Positions 11,236 to 24,936 of a stretch of DNA of 64,000 nt are shown here, one piece after another (position 1 is the stretch's first letter; every line of letters starts with the position of its first letter). Under the pieces are notes generated by a model. That model saw nothing but the letters and a program-made list of their open reading frames with translations. It was not told where the DNA came from and did no database searches. Where the stretch lies: the NCBI GenBank assembly GCA_964188305.1, contig OZ076886.1; one strand, given 5' to 3'. Position numbers and translations under genes: made by a program. The stretch comes from Podarcis bocagei. Lineage: Eukaryota.

Positions 11236-14200
11236 ATCAGCACCCCCCCACCCCCCAATCTGGTTTACATGTTATGAATTCTTTTTAGTCATTTGGTTTA
11301 TTTTCTCTATTGGAAATTATAGGCTTGAAGTTGTTACTGTGTTATATATCTTGTTGTTTTATGACTGTGCTTTAACTGCATTTTATCATCTTATGTTTGT
11401 GAGCCACCCCCAAAGCCATGTTATTGGGGTGGTCCTGTATAAATTTAGTAAGTGAAGCCTGAAACAGATTATGAAGCTGTTCCTGGGACACTTATTTGTA
11501 GGTTTGCAAAAATGTAGAAAGGGTATAGTGCAAGCCACTATGCAGTTTATAGTGTACTGCCCTGCTCACAATCATGAAGGTTTTCTGCTTGTGGACTATA
11601 GACACCTGGTTGGTCACTGTGGTAAACAGGAAACCAGACTAGATGGAGCTATGGCATGATCCCACCAATAGGGATCTTCTTATGCTCTTAATGTGTTAAT
11701 AAGTATTATAACAAATTGTGGTGTGTGTCCCCCAATGTGGTGTTGTCTTTTACTAACAAGATGATGTTTCTTGTGAACTGCTTTGCACACAGCCTACTGT
11801 GGAAAAAGTGGCACATATTATTTATTTATTCTTAATTCATTATCAATAATTTTAAATTCATGATTAACAGCAGAAAGATTTAGGTTTTGATCAACAGCGC
11901 CACTGACTTCTCAAGAGGCAGAGCTGGTTGTACCTAAACATCCTTTGCTTTCTAAAGGTTCGTTTTGGCTGCAAATCCTGTTCTTCCTTAATGGTAATTC
12001 TGTATTTGTAATTGTAGCACAACTGGATGAAGCCTTGGATGAAAATCCAAGTTGATTGGCCATGTGAGCTTGTTCTTCAGCCACACTAAAAAAATATAAC
12101 AGTGAGGTAGATATTTCTGTTAGGAATTATTTAATGAAGTCTATACACTGGAAATTTAACATTGGGGAATGGGATTTCAAAATATTGTCATGTACAGGGA
12201 AAATCTTCTTAAATGATGATATAATAAAGAGACTTGAAGATTTCAACCTATGCATATTTCAGGATGTAAACGCATGGCTTTTGAACTTAAAGGTTATATG
12301 TTCTGCTACCAAGACACTGAGTCATCTCCTTGCCCAGAATTCTTACAAAATATGCAAAGGGCAAAAGTCCATGTATTTTCTTTGAAAAGCACAAAAGGAG
12401 GAAGTCTCTGTTTCTGTGCCCTTTTTGTCTAACATGCCGAAAGTCAAGGCTTTGGAGGAGTAGGATCAGTAATTTGAATGGAGCTTGGTTTTTTTAACAT
12501 AAATTATACTGCAATACCTGCTTAGTATAAGTAAGTAAGGAAGGAAGAAAAAGGGTAGAATTTAGTTCCCTTCCATTGCATGTACATATTATTTTGTGGT
12601 TTTCCACTTAAAGCTGAAACATCTCATTTTGACACGTGTCAGTTTTGTTTAATGAGTTTTGTAGTATATATTTTACGCAGCACAGACACAGTATTTTGAG
12701 AATGCCGCAAGGCACACTTCTGTAAGGCATTTATTCCATATGAACTTTTACACTGGGACAGGTGCACTGCTTCTGTGTGAAACTCAAAATTGTTCACCTC
12801 AGCCTGCTTTGGGAAGCATACAAAGTAAGCTGCTCATGGAGGGGAGGTGGTGATGTAGTATTTGCTTGGCTATCATTTTACCAGAACATTGTGTGGCCCT
12901 ATACCATATAGGCAGAAGATCTGGAAGATGTAAAGTCTATTTTCACTTATGGGGCAGGATTTCTGCAATCTAAAAATATACTGCCATCATTTTTCCCCCT
13001 GAAGGAAGAATTACATGAGGAACTATGAAACTCTCACTTTGACTTTTTGTTACCCCTGAAGCATGCCTGGTACTGCTGCTAATTGTCATGTGGTTCTAGT
13101 GGGGGCGTATTACGTAACGGAGTGACTGTGCTGTTTGGCTCCTCAACAGACCAAAAAAATTACAACCCCTGAATCAGCATCTGACATCCTAAAGAGCAAT
13201 GACAAAGAGCATAGGAAGCAGGAGAATAGCTTAGGCAGCTATTGAAAGCCCCACTCAAAACTCTTCGTTTGAAAAGCTTGTAGGATATGCTATCTACACT
13301 TGAGAAGATGCCCTAAAATAAACTCTGGATGGATCCATGGGTGATCCCGACTGCAACTGGAAAGTAAAAGCAGAAGACCAGGAATAGTACACTTCCTGCA
13401 TTCCTTCCATATACAACTCTCCAACTGGAACCATTTTATATCCAAGATGGGTCCTTAGAGGCAGCAGCATCCCACATCCTGTCGTTCCTGTCCTTTGTGA
13501 AATAAGGCAAATGTAAGAGCTCTCACATGATTTCCATGAAACATGTGGTTTTCAGCAAGGACAGTCCTTTTTTGGAACTTTTCAGTTGACCTTGAAATAG
13601 GAAATTCAGACAATCACTATGTCTTGGCCCTTCACACAGCGAAGTCCAACTTTTAAATGATAAGGTGGACTTTGCAATGTGTCCAGTGTGACTTACCCTC
13701 AGGTAAGCGTGTACAAGGAACTTGAGGCCAAGGGAAGAAGGGATCAGTAAAATAAGCACACAAATCCTGGAATCTAGCTAGCTAACACTTCCAATATAAT
13801 TAAGAAAAAAAATTATGCCTTTCTGGACAGCAACCAGGCTAAAAGCTTACCATTTAATATTTTTAATGAATGTACATCAGTGAATCAGCTCCTGGATATA
13901 ACCCACTGATTTAAATACGTGAATGCTCTTGTACAATGCAAATTTGTTTATTGAGATAACACCAGAAAGGAAGATGTTCATATGAATCAATAAACTAATG
14001 AATCATAAGTGACTGGCTATCGGATGTTAAAAAAATTGATTCAAGCTACACCAGTAATGAAGTCAGAACACTATGTATGATCTGATATTTCTCCAGGATT
14101 GCTACACCTGTAGCATTCACTGCCTTCAAATGTCGTTAGTATATCTGTTCATATTTAGGAGGAATTATTCTTGAAGTTAATCCATAGGATAGGAACTGCC

Positions 14201-15224
14201 TCATTACTTGGAAGAGCTGGCAGGGGGGATTGCTCACGAACAAAGAGCATAAAAAAATCATTGGATGATCAGATGATGTCTGTAATAATATTGAAACCAA
14301 GGAAGATAAATGGCAAGAAATCTTCCTGCTCTTATGATACATACAAGCCCATGAAAGGATTTAATTATGTTAAAATAAACTTTTTAAACATAGCTAAGAG
14401 GAAATGTACCACTCCACTAGACAGCGACATGCATTCCTTTTGATCATGCTCAAGCAAAGTAGGTAGGCGTGCAAGTGGAAAAAGACATGCATTTCATTAC
14501 CACATCCAAAAAGCAAAGCACAGCATGGGCAAGGGAATAGATTATGTCATGAGCACATGAAGACAGTATGGTTATGTATTGGAAGAATGTTACAAAACTG
14601 TCTGCGGTGGGTGTCAAGACATGACACACGACAAGGCATGAATTGAGACCTGGACAACGAGACGACTATGAGACTTGAGCAGACTTGAGCTTATGGTTTA
14701 ACAAGTACCTTCAAGCATGGCTGATTATGGTTTAATAAGTAGCTCAGAGAACTAGTGTAGCATAGTAGCACTGAGACAAAGCCATGAAATGGGAGCCTTC
14801 AGTTCAAATCTCCTCTTCTATCAAGCCACTAGGTGACTTGAGGCAAGGCACTTTCCCTTCATGTGCCTTGTGGGGATAATGCTGACCTAGCTTACAGGGC
14901 TGCTAAGGATTACAGCAATCACATATGTGACGCTCTTAAAATACTCACATACTTTGCACAAGGCAAGCATTATTATAATTATTATTATTACTCCAAAACA
15001 TAAATCATAAGAATGTAAATCATAAGACTAAATTATGGAGTACAGATGTAAATCGATAATATAGCCAGAGCATGACTTAAATATTAAAAGTGGGCAACTT
15101 ATAATTTGAATGTGCTTCTATTATCATATCATCAATATGATTATTCAAAGTGTCTATCTAGGAAGCTAATGACTCCACCATTAATGACTTTGCAACCTAA
15201 AGGCTTCTGCATGAGGCTGTTGAC

Positions 15225-15261
<37 letters not shown>

Positions 15262-15399
15262 TTCATATTATCGCTATCTTTAAATTGAAACAGAACATTT
15301 TTTCTGAATACTACAGCTGAGTGCTATTTTTCATATTTGTACCCTACCTTTCTCCAAGGAGCTGAGCATCCTAATTTAGCATCGGCACAACCCTATGTC

Positions 15400-15499
15400 A
15401 GGAGTGCTCTGATGGTGTTTCCTGCTTGGCAGGGGGTTGGACTCGATGGCCCTTGTGGTCTCTTCCAACTCTATGATTCTATGATTCTATGATTCTATG
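15400..15499 (+). mobile_element. CR1 LINE 3' end inside an older MIR-like SINE (about 15340-15570, minus strand)
   Basis: GGGGGTTGGACTCGATGGCC...TTCCAACT followed by CTATG(ATTCTATG)3. Confidence 0.75.
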
Positions 15500-15955
15500 C
15501 GGCAGATCAGGCTGAGAGGCAGCAATTTCCCCAGTGCCACCCAGGAGCTGCATGACTGGGTGAAGATTCGCACATAATTCTTACTGTTACTTGCTACATT
15601 TGTTAGTCACTTAATACAAAAAAAAAATCCAAGGCAACTTAACAAGATAAGTTGCAGACAGATAAAATCAATTAAAAACAAGGTAATTTTAAAGCACCAA
15701 ACAACACAAGGGTGTTTCTCATCATACACTGCAACCCAGCTATTGACATTGTAGTCAATGGCAATGAAGTTTAATGGAAGTGTTCTGCAGGATTGGATAA
15801 GTTGTAGTTACCTGGTTACCTTGACATCTGCAAGTTTTATGCAGTCAAATTGATGGCCACTGCTCACAAATCTAATGCAAGTTCTAAGGAAACAGAGTGT
15901 GATTCTTTCATGTTTAAGTACTGCTGACGTCAATGGATCAAGTTGTTTTTAGCAG

Positions 15956-16066
15956 GAGTTTGACCAAACTGCGGGAGGCAGTGGAAGACAGAGGTGCCTG
16001 GCGTGCTCTGTTCCATGGGGTCACGAAGAGTCGGACACGACTAAACGACTAAACAACAACAACAAC
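15956..16066 (+). mobile_element. RTE-BovB 3' terminal fragment
   Basis: GGGGTCACGAAGAGTCGGACACGACTAAACGACTAAA(CAA)n. Confidence 0.9.
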
Positions 16067-16957
16067 ATTTGTGACTACTAGATTTACTTGAACTCGGACT
16101 ACTCTGTATCTACAGTTTTTTTTAAAAAATATTTCAAGCCATGGGCAACCATTACATATTTTTTCTGAATCTGTAGTCTGCTTGAAGGAGTGACAGCTTT
16201 GACAGTTCCTGGTTTAGTTAATAACTTTATTATGAGGAGATCATTTCCTAGAATGGATGAAAAGGAGACCATTCCACTATTGGTGCTAGGTTACCCTTAC
16301 TTGCCCAATTTCATTTCCCACTAGTTTTACACCCAACTCTTGAGGCAAGTCACCAGGAGTGCTGGGAAAAATCATTGCCAGAAGAAGAAAGGTGCTCTAA
16401 AGACAAATGGGAGGCATGTATGTCAACCCAAGAACAAACTGAACCATTATGTGCTGACGTTCATGTCCTTATTCCACTAATTTTGCCTGAATGCGAAGAA
16501 CTTTCCCTGGCAGCATTTCAACAACTTATTACTGGAAAGTTGTCAGTGCAGTAGTCATGTAGCATCATTCCTGAAGCTCCCTGGGAATTCAGATTGTCAC
16601 AGTTATTAGGAAGTGACCTTTCCCTCAGATATTTTTTTTAAAACTTTATTTTAAGACCAAGCCAGCATGAAATTTCTCCATTGGGAGTAGTTGTGCTTCC
16701 TTCACAGATAAGGAAAACAACGGTGGCAAGATTCTGGAGCAAGGAGTTCCATCTATTTTGACAGTATATGGTACTGAGGTCTTGATAGATGCCTAAAGCA
16801 GTATGCCTAGCAATCAAAAGGAAGGAAAGAAGTGTGCTAAGGAAAACAGATACATAACCAAAAAGTATTTCTCGAAGTCTTTTCTTCTAGCAGTCCCAGG
16901 CTTAAGAAGGTGCCTCTAAGTGTTTGGGATTTTTAAACTTTTACTCCTAAAACAATA

Positions 16958-17200
16958 CAGTGGTACCTCAGGTTACATACACTTCAGGTTACATACTCTT
17001 CAGGTTACAGACTCCGCTAACCCAGAAATAGTGCTTCAAGGTTAAGAACTTTGCTTCAGGATGAGAACAGAAATTGCGCAGCAGCGGCACAGCGGCAACA
17101 AGAGGCCCCATTAGCTAAAGTGGTGCTTCAGGTTAAGAACAGTTTCAGGTTAAGAACGGACCTCCGGAATGAATTAAGTACTTAACCTGGGGTACTACTG
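16958..17200 (+). mobile_element. Tigger/pogo-type MITE, about 243 bp
   Basis: TA|CAGTGGTACC...GGTACTACTG|TA with internal CAGGTTA repeats; three copies in this window. Confidence 0.88.
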
Positions 17201-19879
17201 TATTCCTTTGGATATAGTTTTGTTATTTAACTGAAGGGCTTCAATTCAGAGAATATAATTAAGCTCACTTTCCAATGAAAGCAATGAGACATGTTAAGCT
17301 ATGGCTCATTGAAGTTCCATTAATTTCAAAATACCACAGGCATTATTTTTCTTTGGATTGGGACCTGTGTCTGGAATTTCAGATAAGCCCTTTAACTTTT
17401 ATAACAACTGTTCTATACATGCTGTCTCCTACCCCTAACTCTCTTCGGTTCAGCTGCATAAGATTCCCCGCTACTTCCCTAATAATCTAAAACCACCTCA
17501 AACAAAAGGGAAACACGCACTTAACCAACCAAACCTTTCATCATAATTTCAAACTACAACAGCACTCCTAACATAGATGATCCGTGATCTTGACCCTCTA
17601 CACACTACTAAAAGTGGCTGAAAAGAAAAGGAAGCTGACCACATCAGATATGCTAGCCAGGTTGTAAGACCCATTGCCCAAGACAGACACTGCGCTTTGC
17701 AGGCCATGTTAGGCACAGGTTCGGTGCATGTGAGCAACAAAATGACTGCGTGCAGTTGGGAATATGGCTCTCCAAATACACCATGCAAATACACCTTTTC
17801 TATGCTAAATCATCTTGTATAAATAGTTTTGGGCTTATAGTCTCCCTCCTTAGAAGCTTTCACTTCTACTTTTTAGTTAGCCACAGTTTGCCATGTTGTC
17901 TGGATCCAGAATTGTGGTTAACACTAACTATGGTTCACTTCAATAAGCCCACTTCATAAACCTTGGTTGGAAGTTGGTTTCTTTGATATTAACCACAGTT
18001 AGTGTTAATAGCATTTGCCACACCTGATAGCACAAGCAACCCTGGTTAAGGGGGAAAGGAGGCAACAGTTCCAAACTCTTCCTCCGGGCTGTGCAGGAGA
18101 AGGGCCATCTGGAGTTCATTCCTGCTTCCGCACATCATACTAAAGTAAGGCTTAGCACAATGTGCAAATGTGGTGAAAGAAATGTGGTCTGTTTCTTTCA
18201 CTACATGGATAATACGAGTATAATTGCCCCATTTCAGGGAACTGTGACCTGTCTATCCTCTCCCCAATTTTCAAATGTGAAACTTAAATTCATTTATGCA
18301 TTTGAAGTGTCTTTAACACAAGATCAACCCCAACTAGAATGGCAGTCTTTCACTTTCTCTCCTGCATTAACAGCAGTCACCACACACGGAGTTATTCAAG
18401 TTTAGATGTGTAATAAAGCAATCCAGAGTAATGAGAGCGCCATGCCTGACATCTCCTTAATGAGAGCACCGTGCCCAACATATCCTTAATACATCACATT
18501 ACATGCCCACTAAATTTCAAGGGAATCAGACCCAATTGGGTCTGGGAATCAGACCCAATGAACTCAGTGGAGCTTGCTTCTGAGGAGACATGCATAGGAT
18601 ACTGCTGTAAATGACTGGAAAGTGGTGCTGAGTAATTCTTATGAGAAGACAGGCGTAGGCATTTTTAAGAACAAAAATCTATATAGATTACATCACGGAA
18701 TTTAATTTGCAATTAATCTGAAGCTAATCTCTTTACTTTATGTAAGAAGAAAGGCATTACTCACATTAGATAAAGCCACCTGGAGAGAAGACAGACCATA
18801 GGCAACACATACATTTGAGTAGGTGCAATTTATCTGAACACGTCGCTACCATACTTTGAATCCTCTGCCTTATTTAATACCAAGGTTTGTGACATCTGTA
18901 GAAGAAAAAAATGCTGCTAGTGTAAAGTAAAACGCTTCCCAGAAGGAAAAACCAATTGATTTTGCTAATCTTGTTTAACATAGTATTTCATATCAGTGTG
19001 CGTGTTTAGAAAATGATTCAGTCAGTGCTGTATCTGCACTTCTGTTGCTTTGGCATTCAGTTTCAGCAGAGGTATACAGCGTAGCTCCGAAGAGTTTATT
19101 TACGGAAGGCAGGATTGAACTTTGCAGCATGTGAACACACACAGACTTTGATAAAGATATTTGTGTCCCATTAATTTACAGAATTGTGATTTGCTACTCC
19201 CAGCACACCTATAATTGAATACCAAAGCCATAAAATCACTGGGATCAAACTGGTTCAGATAGCCCTTATCAGGGCCTCCTTTTTCTTGACATATTTCTTA
19301 TGTAACCGTTCTTCTTTTTATAGATTCATTTGCTTTAGTTACAAATTAACTCTGGAATGGACTCTCCCATAGACTAAATACTACAATCATCTTTTTGAAT
19401 ACTACATGAAAGAACCCAAACTTTAGGACACAGACGTATAAATTTCAAAGAAACAGAGAACTCTACACTTATCTGCGTACAGGCTTAGACGCTTTTAGAG
19501 GTGTTGTCGAAGTTAGAAGCTGAAAATGGTGAAATAAAAAGTACTCTTTTTCATAAAACTATGAAACTGGACTGCAGCCCTTGCCCAAGTCTGAAATTTA
19601 CTAAATGCAAAATCTTTATTGATTTAAATGATATTCTAGTTCTGCTCAAATACATAAACCTAGGAACACATCTGGACAAGATAAATCCTCCTTCTCAATA
19701 AGGCCAATATACCCTCTCAAAATATATGAGGGCATCTCTGCTCCTTCCACCACCCCTGCTCTGCCCCTGTTGCTCTTGCATAGTGCAGGTACACATCTGG
19801 CAAAGTAAAGCCAAAGCCCAGTTCACAACTGGGTCCTAATGCCTGCATGCATGAGAAGGTTTCATGATATGCACAGGTA

Positions 19880-22800
19880 CAGTGGTGCCTCGCAAGACGA
19901 AATTAATTCGTTCCGCAATTCTCTTCGTCTTGCGGGTTTTTCGTCTTGCGATGCACGGTTTCCCATAGGAATGCATTGAAAATCAATTAATGCGTTCCTA
20001 GGGAAACCACCTTCAGACCAGGTCCGGGGACAGTCTGTCCCCGGACCTCTTCTGAAGGCTGGGGGGGGGGGGGACAAGGGCTTTTCTTCCCACCCCCAGC
20101 ATTTTAAAAAACCCCGGGACAGCGGGGGACTTCTCCGCTGTCCGGGGCGATCTTAAAATGCTGGCGGGCGGCATTTTAAAATCGCCCCGGACAGCGGAGG
20201 ACTTCTCTGCTGTCCGGGGCTATGTAAAAGCCCCTGGGAAGGCAGGCAGGGGGGACAAAGACTTTCGCCCCCTGCCCGCCTTCAGAAGGTGTTCCCACCC
20301 CACCCCCGCCCGGCTTCGCAGCAGCGCTACGAAGCCCGGCAGCTGGGGCAGCTGTTCCTGCCCCCCTCCCCCCTTCGGAACAGCGTTCCGAAGTGGGGCG
20401 GCTGGGGCAGCTGTTCCCGCCTCACCTCCCCCCTTCGGAACATCGTTCCGAAGTGGGGCGGCTGGGGCAGCTGTTCCCGCCTCACCTCCCCCCTTCGGAA
20501 CATCGTTCCGAAGGGGGGCGGCTGGGGCAGCTGTTCCCGCCCCACCTCCCCCCTTCGGAACATCGTTCCGAAGTGGGGCGGCTGGGGCAGCTGTTCCCGC
20601 CCCACCTCCCCCCTTCGGAACATCGTTCCGAAGTGGGGCGGCTGGGGCAGCTGTTCCCGCCCCACCTCCCCCCTTCGGAACATCGTTCCGAAGTGGGGCG
20701 GCTGGGGCAGCTGTTCCCGCCCCACCTCCCCCCTTCGGAACATCGTTCCGAAGTGGGGCGGATGGGGCAGCTGTTCCCGCCCCCCTCCCCCCTTCGGAAC
20801 ATCGTTCCGAAGTGGGGCGGATGGGGCAGCTGTTCCCGCCCCCCCTCCCCCCTTCGGAACATCGTTCCGAAGTGGGGCGGATGGGGCAGCTGTTCCCGCC
20901 CCACCTCCCCACTTCGGAACATCGTTCCGAAGTGGGGCGGCTGGGGCAGCTGTTCCCGCCCCACCTCCCCCCTTCGGAACATCGTTCCGAAGTGGGGCGG
21001 CTGGGGCAGCTGTTCCCGCCCCACCTCCCCCCTTCGGAACATCGTTCCGAAGTGGGGCGGATGGGGCAGCTGTTCCCGCCCCACCTCCCCCCTTCGGAAC
21101 ATCGTTCCGAAGTGGGGCGGCTGGGGCAGCTGTTCCCGCCCCACCTCCCCCCTTCGGAACAGCGTTCCGAAGGGGGGCGGATGGGGCAGCTGTTCCCGCC
21201 CCACCTCCCCCCTTCGGAACAGCGTTCCGAAGTGGGGCGGCTGGGGCAGCTGTTCCCGCCCCACCTCCCCCCTTCGGAACAGCGTTCCGAAGTGGGGCGG
21301 CTGGGGCAGCTGTTCCCGCCCCACCTCCCCCCTTCGGAACAGCGTTCCGAAGTGGGGCGGCTGGGGCAGCTGTTCCCGCCCCACCTCCCCCCTTCGGAAC
21401 ATCGTTCCGAAGGGGGCGGATGGGGCAGCTGTTCCCGCCCCCCTCCCCCCTTCGGAACAGCGTTCCGAAGTGGGGCGGCTGGGGCAGCTGTTCCCGCCCC
21501 ACCTCCCCCCTTCGGAACAGCGTTCCGAAGTGGGGCGGCTGGGGCAGCTGTTCCCGCCCCACCTCCCCCCTTCGGAACAGCGTTCCGAAGTGGGGCGGCT
21601 GGGGCAGCTGTTCCCGCCTCACCTCCCCCCTTCGGAACATCGTTCCGAAGTGGGGCGGCTGGGGCAGCTGTTCCCGCCTCACCTCCCCCCTTCGGAACAT
21701 CGTTCCGAAGGGGGGCGGCTGGGGCAGCTGTTCCCGCCCCACCTCCCCCCTTCGGAACATCGTTCCGAAGTGGGGCGGCTGGGGCAGCTGTTCCCGCCCC
21801 ACCTCCCCCCTTCGGAACATCGTTCCGAAGTGGGGCGGCTGGGGCAGCTGTTCCCGCCCCACCTCCCCCCTTCGGAACATCGTTCCGAAGTGGGGCGGCT
21901 GGGGCAGCTGTTCCCGCCCCACCTCCCCCCTTCGGAACATCGTTCCGAAGTGGGGCGGATGGGGCAGCTGTTCCCGCCCCCCTCCCCCCTTCGGAACATC
22001 GTTCCGAAGTGGGGCGGATGGGGCAGCTGTTCCCGCCCCCCCTCCCCCCTTCGGAACATCGTTCCGAAGTGGGGCGGATGGGGCAGCTGTTCCCGCCCCA
22101 CCTCCCCACTTCGGAACATCGTTCCGAAGTGGGGCGGCTGGGGCAGCTGTTCCCGCCCCACCTCCCCCCTTCGGAACATCGTTCCGAAGTGGGGCGGCTG
22201 GGGCAGCTGTTCCCGCCCCACCTCCCCCCTTCGGAACATCGTTCCGAAGTGGGGCGGATGGGGCAGCTGTTCCCGCCCCACCTCCCCCCTTCGGAACATC
22301 GTTCCGAAGTGGGGCGGCTGGGGCAGCTGTTCCCGCCCCACCTCCCCCCTTCGGAACAGCGTTCCGAAGGGGGGCGGATGGGGCAGCTGTTCCCGCCCCA
22401 CCTCCCCCCTTCGGAACAGCGTTCCGAAGTGGGGCGGCTGGGGCAGCTGTTCCCGCCCCACCTCCCCCCTTCGGAACAGCGTTCCGAAGTGGGGCGGCTG
22501 GGGCAGCTGTTCCCGCCCCACCTCCCCCCTTCGGAACAGCGTTCCGAAGTGGGGCGGCTGGGGCAGCTGTTCCCGCCCCACCTCCCCCCTGCGGAACATC
22601 GTTCCGAAGGGGGCGGATGGGGCAGCTGTTCCCGCCCCCCTCCCCCCTTCGGAACAGCGTTCCGAAGTGGGGCGGCTGGGGCAGCTGTTCCCGCCCCACC
22701 TCCCCCCTTCGGAACAGCGTTCCGAAGTGGGGCGGCTGGGGCAGCTGTTCCCGCCCCACCTCCCCCCTTCGGAACAGCGTTCCGAAGTGGGGCGGCTGGG

Positions 22801-23426
22801 GCAGCTGTTCCCGCCCCACCTCCCCCCTTCGGAACATCGTTCCGAAGTGGGGCGGCTGGGGCAGCTGTTCCCGCCCCACCTCCCCCCTTCGGAACATCGT
22901 TCCGAAGTGGGGCGGCTGGGGCAGCTGTTCCCGCCCCCCCTCCCCCCTTCGGAACATCGTTCCGAAGAGGGGCGGCTGGGGCAGATGTTCCCGCCCCCCG
23001 CTTCGGAACAGCGTTTTAAAATGCTGGGGGTCGGCAGCGAACGCTCCCGACCCCCAGCATTTTAAAATCTCCCCGGGACAGAGACTTCTCTGCTGTCCCG
23101 GGGAGATTTTAAAATGCTGGGGGTCGGCAGCGAACGCTTCGCTCCCGCCCGCCACTATTTTAAGATCGCCCGGGGCAGGCGGGGGGGAGGCAGGCGGGGG
23201 GAGCAAAGACTTTTGCCCCCCGCCGGCCTTCAGAAGAGGTCCTCTTCTGAAGGCCGGCTGTGGGCGAAAGTCTTTGCTCCCGACCGCCAGCATTTCCCTA
23301 TGGGCTTTCGTCTTGCGATGCAAGCCCATAGGGAAATTCGTCTTGCGAAGCGCCTCCAAAACAGAAAACCCTTTCGTCTTGCGGGTTTTCCGTCTTGCGA
23401 GGCATTCGTCTTGCGGGGTACCACTG
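19880..23426. mobile_element. Tigger/pogo-type non-autonomous transposon carrying a 2.7-kb internal satellite
   Basis: 22-bp TIRs CAGTGGT(G/A)CC(T/C)CGCAAGACGAA; TA on both sides; eight terminal or subterminal CGTCTTGCG motifs; no transposase. Confidence 0.88.
20341..23016. repeat. 60-bp GC-rich tandem array, about 44-45 units, with a 1197-bp higher-order duplication
   Basis: Unit GCTGGGGCAGCTGTTCCCGCCCCACCTCCCCCCTTCGGAACA(T/G)CGTTCCGAAGTGGGGCG. The variant pattern of 20401-21597 recurs at 21598-22794. Confidence 0.97.
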
Positions 23427-24561
23427 TATACAAAATCAGAGGCACTTTCTCTAATTTTCTTTTTAAAAAATCGTATTGATTTTCAGATAAGCAAGAAGTT
23501 TGACAAATATTAAAGCTGTACAATATGCTTATGACCTCTCTCTTCGCTATGTTGTTATATATTGTATTTTACTTTGGGGTGGGGATTTGTTCCTTTTCTA
23601 AACTTTTTCTTTTAAGCTTCTTGCCTTATATATCAGTCCAAAGCAGACTTTGATTTGCTGGACATTAGGGCCAAACTAAAGGTGAGGTCACTGCATTTGG
23701 GGAGCTTCCCGACCACTAACACACTGCTGCAGCCCTTATGCTGACGGTCCCCTCTTCTAAAAGCTGCTATTAATCGTATACGATATTTGTGGGGTTAAAA
23801 TTCTAAGCCGCTAGAATGTTCTACTCCGCAACTAAAAACAGCTTTGGGTTGCAGCCAGGTCTCATTCAGCCTTACTTTTTGCAACAACAGCGAAGCGTCA
23901 AGACCCCCCCCCCACAACAAATAGTTTGGACCCAAGATATCTGAACACTGTTCAAATACATTTTCTCCCAAGGTAACGATGCAGAAATATATCCAAACTA
24001 TATCAGTCTTATTGAAAACTATTACCTTGCTCAGTATGCGCCATGACATCTCTCAGTCTTCCTCTCTCTGCTCTTCCCCCAACCGTTTGCAAAATCCAGC
24101 TTTGTTCCCTCACCCTAATTTATAGCTCCCAACTCAAGCTGCTTATTGTTTGACATTGTGCTACTGGTTTATCAATCTGCTCTTACAGTTTTTGGAGAAT
24201 CTTATACTTGATAAATAGCTTGTTGTTTCTATCTGCACTATTATCTTCTATATGAGGCCACCCAGCCTTCTTTGTTTTGTCTTTGCAAAATAATGGTATT
24301 TTAGCAGGATAAGCAAAGGGAAAGAGGCTTCAGCCGTCAAAGCAAGCCATCATTATGAACACGAGCAGAAGCTGCAGGATTTCTTCACTAAGGCAACATA
24401 TTACTTACATTAGCAACATGCCTAAGATTTTAAATTTAAGTTATTAGTTTGTCATCTTGAATTCTTATTGCCTTTAATGCCAAACTTTGCTGATCCTATC
24501 TCTTACCAGTTCGGAACTACTACAAGATAAGGTATAAATATAAGGTGCAGATTTCTAAATA

Positions 24562-24803
24562 CAGTGGTACCTCGGGTTAAGTACTTAATTCGTTCCGGAG
24601 GTCCGTACTTAACCTAAAACTGTTCTTAACCTGAAGCACCACTTTAGCTAATGGGGCCTCCTGCTGCTGCCACACCGCCGGAGCATGATTTCTGTTCTCA
24701 TCCTGAAGCAAAGTTCTTAACCTGAAGCACTATTTCTGGGTTAGCGGAGTCTGTAACCTGAAGCGTATGTAACCTGAAGCATATGTAACCTGAGGTACCA
24801 CTG
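24562..24803 (-). mobile_element. Tigger/pogo-type MITE (same family as 16958)
   Basis: TA|CAGTGGTACCTC...GAGGTACCACTG|TA in the opposite orientation. Confidence 0.9.
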
Positions 24804-24936
24804 TACACACAGAGGCTCGCTCAGAATGCAAATACCTATTGTACATTTTCTTTAAGAATCCAGAAAATAGAACTGTTGGGCCACAAAATGTTCGTAGAGT
24901 CAGCTAGGTTGGGGGAGGGAGTTACTATGCCTATAC

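Noticed and set aside
20341-23016. CRISPR-like appearance (regular palindromic repeats)
   Set aside because: No unique spacers, no cas genes, and a vertebrate context.
20158-23513. ORFs of 600-1074 aa on both strands
   Set aside because: They translate a 60-bp unit that is essentially stop-free in all frames; the peptides are periodic and the array lies inside a MITE.
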